From positions 690,001 through 722,000 of the forward strand of contig CP001848.1 of the NCBI GenBank assembly GCA_000025185.1: a stretch of 32,000 nucleotides of DNA. The letters run 5' to 3'. The DNA comes from Pirellula staleyi DSM 6068 (lineage in GTDB: Bacteria > Planctomycetota > Planctomycetia > Pirellulales > Pirellulaceae). Below the pieces are notes generated by a model. The model saw only the letters and a program-made list of their open reading frames with translations. It was not told the DNA's origin and searched no databases. The translations under genes were made by a program, and so were the position numbers. This document shows, in pieces, positions 15,172 to 22,617 of the stretch (within the stretch, counting starts at the first letter, position 1; each line of letters opens with the position of its first letter).

Positions 15172-16224
15172 CTAAGAGCCTACGACCGGCGAAGGCCGAT
15201 CGAGCGACACCCCACACCCAGGGGAAGCCGAAAAGTGGCAAATTCCTCGTTCCACACGAACCCCCGTGGCGATGTCGGAGGCCAAAAGGGCCGCCCCATC
15301 CATGTCGACGTAGTCCAAGAGCGGCAGCAGCTGAGCAATCGCCGAAATGCCGACGGTCGACTCAGTCATGCACCCCACCATCACCGCGAGACCCAGCTCG
15401 CGCGCTCGCGCGATCATCGCTTTAGCCGGCGTGAGTCCGCCACACTTCACCAGCTTGATGTTGATGCCATGAAAGGCGCCGGCACACTTCTCGACGTCGG
15501 CCAGCACCTGGCAACTTTCGTCGGCCATGAGCGGGAGTGGCGACTGAGGAAGAAGTTGCCGCATCGCTTCCAGCTGATCGGCTGGCAGTGGCTGCTCGAT
15601 GAACTCGACGCCGAGCGTTTTCAGCTCCTCGGCCAGTGGAATCACTTGCTCGGCGGTGAGACCACAATTGGCATCGACGCGGAGCACTGGATTTTCTCCA
15701 CGCGCGGTGAGATCGGCGCGCAGAGCGCGAACGATCTCGAGTTCTTGCCCACGGCCGAGTTTGATTTTGTAGATCGGCCAGCCCGGCATCTCGCGCAGTT
15801 TGGCGACCATTGTGTCGATCGTGTCGATGCCGATCGTGAAGTTCGACGCGGGAACCTTGTCGAGCGATAGCCCCCAAAGTTCCCACACCGGTTTTTTCTC
15901 GAGCTTGCCGCACAAATCCCAGGCAGCCTGATCGAGCGCGCAGTGGGCGAACGATTCGCCAGCGAGCAGCATCGACATCATCCGCCAAAAGAGGGCCGGA
16001 TCGCTGCCGTCGTACGACTCGATCGAACCACGCTGCGCTTCGAGCACCGCTGCCATATGCTCGATCGTGGCGCCGTAGTACGGATTCGACGTCGCTTCGC
16101 CAAAGCCTGAGAGACCTTCGTGCTCGAGCTCGACAATCAGCGTCGGCTGCACGGTGGTGGTCTCGCGACTGATCGTGAAGCGATGTTTCAGCGGAAGATC
16201 AAAAGCGTGGAGCTTGAGTTGCAT
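15172..16224 (-). CDS. dipeptide epimerase (L-Ala-D/L-Glu epimerase-like), enolase superfamily
   Basis: The MR/MLE-family catalytic pattern is present: YKIKLG, VLRVDANCG, EFIEQPL, PLMADES, NIKLVKCGG. The N-terminal capping domain reads HRFTISRETTTVQPTLIVELEHEGLSGFGEA. The protein is collinear by eye with B. subtilis YkfB. Confidence 0.88.
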   Translation of the reverse strand: MQLKLHAFDLPLKHRFTISRETTTVQPTLIVELEHEGLSGFGEATSNPYYGATIEHMAAVLEAQRGSIESYDGSDPALFWRMMSMLLAGESFAHCALDQAAWDLCGKLEKKPVWELWGLSLDKVPASNFTIGIDTIDTMVAKLREMPGWPIYKIKLGRGQELEIVRALRADLTARGENPVLRVDANCGLTAEQVIPLAEELKTLGVEFIEQPLPADQLEAMRQLLPQSPLPLMADESCQVLADVEKCAGAFHGINIKLVKCGGLTPAKAMIARARELGLAVMVGCMTESTVGISAIAQLLPLLDYVDMDGAALLASDIATGVRVERGICHFSASPGCGVSLDRPSPVVGS

Positions 16225-16287
16225 CGAGCGAGAACTTGTTTGCGAGTCAGTGCAGGTAAAAATAGCGCCAGCAGAGCCAGCGGCAGC

Positions 16288-17364
16288 TTACTCGTTTCGT
16301 GGAGAAAGATCGAGCATTTTCAGCATTCCCCGATTTCCGGCGACTACCACGTGAGTCTCGGAGATTTCTGCGATCGAGAAAATCGGGCCTTCGAGGGCCG
16401 CAAGTGTGGCGACGATTTTGGTCGTACGAAGATCGACCACTACCACCGAACCATCGTCGCAGCCAATCGCCACGCGATCACTCGTCCCCAGCTGACAGAT
16501 CGCGAGGGGGGCGCTCGCCAGTTTCGTAAAGCGAACCAGTCTGCCAATGGTCGGCTGCCAGAGTCGGACCGTCTTGTCGGCCGCGATGCTGACCACTTCT
16601 GCGGGCCGAACAGGCTGTTTTTCGAGTGGTTTTTGAGCATTTTTGAGTAGCACTAGCGCCCGCACTTCACCGGTGTGCTGATCGAGCGTCCGCAGCAGAT
16701 CGTGCGACGCGCCTTCCCACAGCTTGAGCGACTGATCGCGCCCGGCGGAGATGATGGGCGGCGCGGTTGTGCCGCGCTGGGCGATTGTCGCAATCCAGTC
16801 GGCGGCGAGCGCTGCGCCGCTATGCGCATCGATGGTGCCGAGCAATTTTCCCGCGCGCGAAACGCGGACTAGTTTGCCATTGGCTAGCGCCACGATCAGC
16901 TGCGCGCTATCGGGGGACCAGCGAGCGGTGAGGGCCACATCGTCCCCTACGCGCAGCTCTTGCACGAGTCGCAGCGAGGGCCACTCGCGCAGCTCGAGCG
17001 CGCCACTCTCTGCGGGCGAGCCACCCGCGACAACCAGCAGCTCGCCATCGGGCGCGAGCGCCAGATCGTGAATCTTCTCGAGCTTCGTCGCAATGCCGCG
17101 CTGCGGCTGCAGGGTCGCTCGATCGTAGCTGAGCAGTCGATGCTCCGACGCAGCGACGAGCATCGGCGGAGGTTGCACTTGCTGATCTGCATCGCTCCGC
17201 GCGCGTGGTGGTTCTGCCACCATCAAAGCTGTGATCGGGCCGCGTACGGCTGTTATGTCAGCGGTTTCTGCTGCTTCTTGCGCGCTGGCAAAGTCGATCA
17301 AAAGCGCAGCACCAAGCGCGAGCGATAGGCAGAGACTTTGCAACCATCGTGCGTGGGGCTTCAT
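16288..17364 (-). CDS. secreted WD40 / beta-propeller repeat protein
   Basis: ATG 17364 gives the signal-like N-terminus MKPHARWLQSLCLSLALGAALLIDFASAQE. WD-like repeats are present (SAGRDQSLKLWE, AADKTVRLWQ, GCDDGSVVVVDL). The start overlaps the upstream stop (ATGA at 17361-17364). Confidence 0.82.
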   Translation of the reverse strand: MKPHARWLQSLCLSLALGAALLIDFASAQEAAETADITAVRGPITALMVAEPPRARSDADQQVQPPPMLVAASEHRLLSYDRATLQPQRGIATKLEKIHDLALAPDGELLVVAGGSPAESGALELREWPSLRLVQELRVGDDVALTARWSPDSAQLIVALANGKLVRVSRAGKLLGTIDAHSGAALAADWIATIAQRGTTAPPIISAGRDQSLKLWEGASHDLLRTLDQHTGEVRALVLLKNAQKPLEKQPVRPAEVVSIAADKTVRLWQPTIGRLVRFTKLASAPLAICQLGTSDRVAIGCDDGSVVVVDLRTTKIVATLAALEGPIFSIAEISETHVVVAGNRGMLKMLDLSPRNE

Positions 17365-17699
17365 GCCGCCGATTGTCGCAGGAGAAGTTCGCGCGGTCCA
17401 TCGCCGGGCGCAAGGCGAATGACAGCGATCAGCATGTAGAGCGAAATCGCCATGTTCCCCAGCAGCAGGATCGCTACCAGCCAGCCGAGCCGCGCGAGCC
17501 ACGAGCGTTCTTTGTAGAAGACCCAGCAGTAGAAGGTCAGGAAGCTGAGGTACGCATCAGCAAGGGTCGCGATGAACCAGGGATCGCTCACCACCGCGCT
17601 CGGCACTGCGGTGATGCTCTCGAGGAGCGTAGCGCGAACCGTGATCGCCAGGAGCGTTACAAAAAAGAGGCTGAAAATGAGGATCAAAGTGGTGCGCAT
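17361..17699 (-). CDS. DUF1475-family small membrane protein
   Basis: 112 aa with 3-4 TM helices. DPWFIATLADAYLSFLTFYCWVFYKE ... LLLGNMAISLYML matches my recollection of the DUF1475 (PF07343) core. Confidence 0.75.
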   Translation of the reverse strand: MRTTLILIFSLFFVTLLAITVRATLLESITAVPSAVVSDPWFIATLADAYLSFLTFYCWVFYKERSWLARLGWLVAILLLGNMAISLYMLIAVIRLAPGDGPRELLLRQSAA

Positions 17700-17789
17700 C
17701 GGTTCCGCCTTGCGTCGAACGGTCTGAAAGTTCTTTCAGATCACTGTAGCGTGGCGGCGACTGTAGCGCAGGAGTAGGGACTCGCGCGA

Positions 17790-20249
17790 CTATCGCTCCA
17801 GCCAGTCGAAACGCGACGTGTCGCACCCGGCCAGAAGTTCATCCACGGCCGACCAAAGCTCATCGCGATCGCGAGCACTGCTACCAGTCAGGCTGCTGGT
17901 GAGCTCGTCCATCTCGCGCACCAGGCTGATCGTTTCTCCCAGCAGCGCGAACTCGGGAGTCAGATCTTCCGCCAAAAACTCACTCGTGGAGGCCGAGCTC
18001 TCGGCGCTAACTGCCGCGTAGGACGAGCTCGTAGTGCTGCTGCTCACAAGCGTCACCATCTCGGCGGAAGTATCGGCAGCCAAGTAATCGCTGGTCGCTT
18101 GGTTCACCTCTTCTGGCAGCAGCGAGCGGCTCGCCGATGAAGAGGTAAAGACCTGCTGAATCCGAATTGCGTCGGCCACCACACGGTCGTTCGCCTTGTT
18201 ATTGAGCGTGACCACGAGGGTGCCGCTACTCACGGTGAAGGTGCCGATCACGCGCCAGTTGCTACCAGCGTCGGAGATGCCGGTCGACGAGTTCTCTTGA
18301 TTCACCCGCGCCGAGCCGAGCAGTCTTGTTCCGTCGTAGAACGTGTAAGGAGCATCGGTAGCATTCGTCTTGCTTGCGCCCCACGTGGCACTAATTTGAT
18401 ACGTCCCCGACGGCAGGCTGCTGAACGTGTAAGTCGCCACGCTCGAGCCGGGCCCCTTCGCGGCGAAATGCGAGTCGCGATCGCGCCCCGCTGTGCTCGT
18501 CGTCCAAGCCCCCGAAGTACGAAAACCAGCAGCGCCGTTGTCGATGATCCTGGCTGCTGGTGGCGCGGTGACCGTTCCCGACAGATTGATGCGAAACGTC
18601 GATTCGTCGCTGTCGTTGCTCCGCAGATTCAGCACGCCTGCAGGGCTGCCGACTGTCGCGCCGGTCATGCGGATCGTAAAGGTGGTCGACTGGCCCGGCG
18701 TGAGCGAAGTGCGCGTGATGTTCGAGACGAGCGAAAAACCGGCGGGCAGCGAACTGCTCAGCGACGTGAGCGACAAGCTGGCAGTGCCGGTGTTTTTGAT
18801 CGTGAATGTGCGGTCGACAGCGACGCCACGCACTGTGGAACCAAAGTGCACGACACCCCCGGTCCGAATCTCGCTCGTCCCCATAAACAGGCTGATTTCG
18901 GGGGCCGCCGGCGTGGTTGTGCCACCCGATCCGCCACTCGTCGTCGAGCCACTACTGCCGCCAGCAATCGTGCCGCTGAGCGTGTAGCGACCGACGTTGC
19001 CATAGCCGCCGCTGCTCTTCACCGTCACGAAGTACGTTCCCGAACCCACCGATGCCGCAAGCGATGCGTCTTGGCTCGTCGAAGGATTGCCACTGACAAT
19101 CAGCACGCCGCTGCTGTTGCGCAGTTCCACCACGCTGTCGAGATTCGCGCCGATCGATGCCACTGCGACATTCAAACTGACCGTGCCACCGGTGGTGGTA
19201 AACGAGTAGACATCGATATCCGAATTGGTGCTGATCACTCCCGCGCGGCTGACACTTCCGCTCGTCACCGTCAAGGCTGTCGCGGCGGCTTGCGTGTTCC
19301 CAGCATCGTCGGCGATGTAGCCAAAAGCGTTCGTCGAATTGGCAATGATCGCCATATCGTCTTGATACGACGAGGCGCTATTGCTCGTCGCGCCGTTGTG
19401 CCAGGTGGTGCGCGCCGAGTTGTAACCGACACCCATCACCGGTGCCCAAGCGCTGGTCCCCGACGAATACTCATCCACCAGCGTATTGCCGTTCCAAGTC
19501 GCCTGGTGCGAAAGACCCAGCGTGTGCCCCACTTCATGCGACACCGCTTCTGCCACATAGCGCGGGTTGCCAGTGCCGAGCGCATCGGAAAAGACATACG
19601 CGGTGTTCGGCGCACTGTTGGCAAACGAACCGACGTAAGCCACACCACCCGCCTGCTGACCGAACCAGTCGCTCCAGTTGCCGCCAATCGCCACGCGCAC
19701 CGCCACCCGATCGCCAAACGATGGTGGCTCGACCGTGGTGACGTTGATGTTGAACGGAGCAAAGTCCTCCGACACACGCGCCCAGATCTCTTGGATCGAT
19801 GCGAGTTCGGAACTGCTGAACGTCGTCCGGTCGCTATCGCGGCTGTAGACCGGCGTGACGGCGTTCGACCATTGTCCCCACGTGCTTTGCGAATGGCCGT
19901 TGAAATCGAGATAGATCGTCGCTGCGGCCCCCGCACGACTCGAGAGCTGCGGAATGCTCGAAATTGGGCTGCTGGTCGCCACCGTCGTCGTCGAGGTTGT
20001 GCCAGTGGTAGTCGACGATTCCGTCGTCAGGTTCAGATCGCGACCGGTGCAAATCGGGCACGCACACCAGAGTCCGTTGGTCGAGACGAGCTCGCTACTA
20101 TCACTCGATGCGGCTGTCATCAGCAAACGGGGTTCGAGCGATTCCACCTGCAGCTTGCGACTCACTTTTTCCTGCTTCGCCGCATGCTTCCCAGGTTCGT
20201 GAGAGGCCGCACAAGAGGAACGTAGAGGGGCTCGTTTGCGAAGAGACAT
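17790..20249 (-). CDS. secreted multidomain zinc metalloprotease (metzincin HExxHxxGxxH) with PPC, ASH/choice-of-anchor-like and golvesin-like C-terminal domains
   Basis: HEVGHTLGLSH is the zinc motif. The N-terminal LQVESLEPRLLMTA motif is typical of planctomycete secreted proteins. The PPC-like segment is SDIDVYSFTTTGGTVSLNV...GTYFVTVKSSGGYGNVGRYTLSG. FGSTVRGVAVDRTFTIKNTGTASLSL is ASH-like. IIDNGAAGFRTSGAWTTST...YQISATW...ATDAPYTFYDG...NDRVVADAIRI is golvesin/Xly-CBD-like. Confidence 0.88.
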   Translation of the reverse strand: MSLRKRAPLRSSCAASHEPGKHAAKQEKVSRKLQVESLEPRLLMTAASSDSSELVSTNGLWCACPICTGRDLNLTTESSTTTGTTSTTTVATSSPISSIPQLSSRAGAAATIYLDFNGHSQSTWGQWSNAVTPVYSRDSDRTTFSSSELASIQEIWARVSEDFAPFNINVTTVEPPSFGDRVAVRVAIGGNWSDWFGQQAGGVAYVGSFANSAPNTAYVFSDALGTGNPRYVAEAVSHEVGHTLGLSHQATWNGNTLVDEYSSGTSAWAPVMGVGYNSARTTWHNGATSNSASSYQDDMAIIANSTNAFGYIADDAGNTQAAATALTVTSGSVSRAGVISTNSDIDVYSFTTTGGTVSLNVAVASIGANLDSVVELRNSSGVLIVSGNPSTSQDASLAASVGSGTYFVTVKSSGGYGNVGRYTLSGTIAGGSSGSTTSGGSGGTTTPAAPEISLFMGTSEIRTGGVVHFGSTVRGVAVDRTFTIKNTGTASLSLTSLSSSLPAGFSLVSNITRTSLTPGQSTTFTIRMTGATVGSPAGVLNLRSNDSDESTFRINLSGTVTAPPAARIIDNGAAGFRTSGAWTTSTAGRDRDSHFAAKGPGSSVATYTFSSLPSGTYQISATWGASKTNATDAPYTFYDGTRLLGSARVNQENSSTGISDAGSNWRVIGTFTVSSGTLVVTLNNKANDRVVADAIRIQQVFTSSSASRSLLPEEVNQATSDYLAADTSAEMVTLVSSSTTSSSYAAVSAESSASTSEFLAEDLTPEFALLGETISLVREMDELTSSLTGSSARDRDELWSAVDELLAGCDTSRFDWLER

Positions 20250-21133
20250 AGAATCGCATTCCTGCCAAAGTTAGCGCGGCGCAGCGGCCACAATCAGGGT
20301 CAGCCGGTGCCACGAAGGAGCAACAACTTAAAATCAACGAGCCAGAAGTCGGCAACCCGATGCAGGGCTGGGCGAAGGTTTTGGTCGGGCGAGCTTGCGG
20401 CTCCCAAATGCCTTGCCTAGCGAAGCATCGAAACACTAGTTCATCTCCCTTCGGAGTCAAACGAAGGGACGAGTTCCACGCCAGGGTGTCACATGCCAAG
20501 TCCCTGCTCGCCGGCTATCCGCGGTGGTTGTTACCGGAATAAAGCGACAGAGCGGCGACTTGCTCCTCCCCCGCGAGCGGGCACTCTCGCGCACGCACAC
20601 GGCATAGAGCGACCGAGCGTGGGCGGCTTTCCGCCAAACGGCGAAAGCCCAAAACAGTCGTTATTTCTCGGGAATTGGCGCAAGAATGAGCGTCTGACGA
20701 CTCCCAAACCATGGCGCAAGAGATATAGATCGCATGCTGGCGGACCTCCCTGCCGCGAAGAGCTGATCGAGAAAAGGGTGCCGCAGAGACAAGCTCCCTG
20801 TGCCAGTGGCGAAGGGCTACGAGTGCTCTGCCTGCGTGGGGTCGATGTCTTCCTAACATGCGACCCAATGGGGCCCGCGCTCAATTGCCAAGCGACGCGC
20901 CACAGGATGCTCTTGGTAATTCAGCATCGCTGTTTGCTGCAAGATTGGTTTAGCACTTCCTGAGGAATCGCTTCACTTTTCTGCAAAAATTACTCAAGAG
21001 TTCCTAAGCAACTCTTGCACAGTAACAGCGGCATGGCGACGCCAGCGGCAGCAGTGATATTGCCAGAACTTGGCTGCTACCGCTGGGTGATGCTCGAGGA
21101 GATAGCAGCAGCGCTGATAGTAGACCCACGTCG

Positions 21134-21173
21134 CGCCACTGCTCTGCTGGCGAGCAGCGGCGGAGGATTTTTT
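21134..21173 (+). terminator. plus-strand intrinsic-terminator-like hairpin with a T6 run in a gene-free region
   Basis: CGCCACTGCT (21134-21143) pairs with AGCAGCGGCG (21153-21162) over 10 bp including one G-U pair. The loop is CTGCTGGCG. GAGGA and then TTTTTT (21168-21173) follow. Confidence 0.45.
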
Positions 21174-21193
21174 AGCGAGCCAATCCCCAGAGC

Positions 21194-22288
21194 CTAGCTA
21201 ACTTTCGGCGCGGCGAGCGTAAGGGTGAACCGATTTTGCGGCGACTCGTTCTGCTCGCCACGAGTGGGGCTGTAGTCGCGCACTTCCACCGTCTTGCCAT
21301 CGCTTTGGAACTCGAGCAAGCGGAGCCAGCCATCGCCGCCGTTGGGTTTCATCTGGAAGTTCACCAGCATTTGCGGGACTTCACGTCCTGCTGGCGTAGC
21401 AGTGATGGTGCGCCCCAGGCCGTCGCCAAGCACGTGACCATTCAGCGTGCAGATGAAGTTCTCGCTCTTGGCCACGAGGCCCGACCAAAGTTCCTCGCCA
21501 TCGCTCACATCGTCGGCGGTCGCTTTGGCGACCGGATAGCTGTGCGGATTCCAGGTTTGCTTGGCGCCGAACTTCTTCCAGTCGTAGCGAGTTTCGTCGT
21601 AATACATGTAAGCGTGCGTGATCAGGATCACTTCGCGATCGGCATGCTTGGCTGCCACTTCAGCCGCCCAGCGGACCACATCTTTCCGAGGGCCAAATTC
21701 GAGTGCGATCACCAGGAACTTGCGTCCCCCGGCATCGAGCGTGTGATAGATATTCTCGAGGCGCTCGGGCTCTTTGTCATACACGCCACCGAAGTTCGGC
21801 GTTTGGCTGATCTTCTCGAGCTTGAAGTAGTCGTTGTAGCGCGTCGTGCGATCTTTGCAGCCGCCCCCTTCGCTGTAGTCGTGATTTCCCAGGGCCATGA
21901 AGTACGGCAGATGGCCATCCAGTTTTTCCATCGCCGACTTGGCGACTTCCCACTCGGCCACGGTGTTGCGATTGGTCACATCACCCAGATGGAGCACCGC
22001 CACGATGTTGCGGTCGGCTTTATGCTTGACGAGCCACTCGGTTTGGGCGTGGAAGTTGGCGGGGAACTTTTCGCTGTAGTTCTGCGTGTCGGGCAAGACC
22101 GCGATCGTGAACGAATCTTTGGCGACCGGCGGAAGGTCGCCAGGGACCAGTTTGGCGTCGGCGTAAGGCCCTGGCTTAGGCTCTTGGGCGGATGCTTCGC
22201 TCGTGGAGAGTGCAGCGGAGCCAACTCCGGCGGCGAGCATCCAGGCAGCCGACTGCTCGAGCATCGTACGACGGTTTAGTTCTGACAT
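21194..22288 (-). CDS. Tat-signal calcineurin-like metallophosphoesterase
   Basis: ATG 22288 gives MSELNRRTMLEQSAAWMLAAGVGSAALS, a twin-arginine-like signal. Phosphoesterase motifs are present: AVLPDTQ, LHLGDVTNRN, ALGNHD, ILITHAY. The ORF-track start at 22543 adds an implausible 85-aa extension. Confidence 0.85.
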   Translation of the reverse strand: MSELNRRTMLEQSAAWMLAAGVGSAALSTSEASAQEPKPGPYADAKLVPGDLPPVAKDSFTIAVLPDTQNYSEKFPANFHAQTEWLVKHKADRNIVAVLHLGDVTNRNTVAEWEVAKSAMEKLDGHLPYFMALGNHDYSEGGGCKDRTTRYNDYFKLEKISQTPNFGGVYDKEPERLENIYHTLDAGGRKFLVIALEFGPRKDVVRWAAEVAAKHADREVILITHAYMYYDETRYDWKKFGAKQTWNPHSYPVAKATADDVSDGEELWSGLVAKSENFICTLNGHVLGDGLGRTITATPAGREVPQMLVNFQMKPNGGDGWLRLLEFQSDGKTVEVRDYSPTRGEQNESPQNRFTLTLAAPKVS

Positions 22289-22617
22289 GGCAAGGTTACT
22301 TTTGTAGGCGAGTAGAGAACGCAGGGAGGGCTGTGCAGCGACCCGCACGATGTCATGCGTGCAGCGAGCGAGGCAGCATCCACGAAAGTCGATCCAGTGG
22401 CAGTGCCGCGACAGCATTGTGAATCGCCCACGTGTATCACGCAAGCAAATGTTGATTCGATGAACATCGTGTGAGTGTTCAGCGCACTGCACAGCAGAGC
22501 TGTACAGTAGACGAGCTTCAGTGGCACGCGTGCAGCACGCCAAGCTGCTGGCCAGCCCCGGCCGAAGAGGTGGCCGGGGAGTGATGGAGAGATTCGCCGC
22601 TGGAAAAGCGGCTGGCG

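Noticed and set aside
20480-20900. Searched the ORF-free 20.25-21.19 kb region for RNase P RNA, tmRNA, SRP RNA and a cobalamin riboswitch. Candidate hits were GCCAAGTCCCTGCTC versus GGAAAGTCCGGGC, and GGGTGCC...GCCAGTGG.
   Set aside because: Core motifs are absent on both strands: GGAAAGUCCGGGC, ACAGAACCCGGCUUA, a tmRNA tag frame with a 3' TCCACCA end, and GGUCCGGAAGGAAGCAGCC. The B12-like fragments are in the wrong order and orientation.
21015-21197. 60-aa ORF (MATPAAAVILPELGCYRWVMLEEIAAALIVDPRRATALL...) has a vague excisionase/AlpA-like HTH look.
   Set aside because: It has no SD. The ORF runs through a strong hairpin plus T6 terminator 25 nt before its stop, and its sequence is dominated by the stem-forming GCAGC/GCTGC repeats. 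It is better explained as structured RNA or non-coding DNA.
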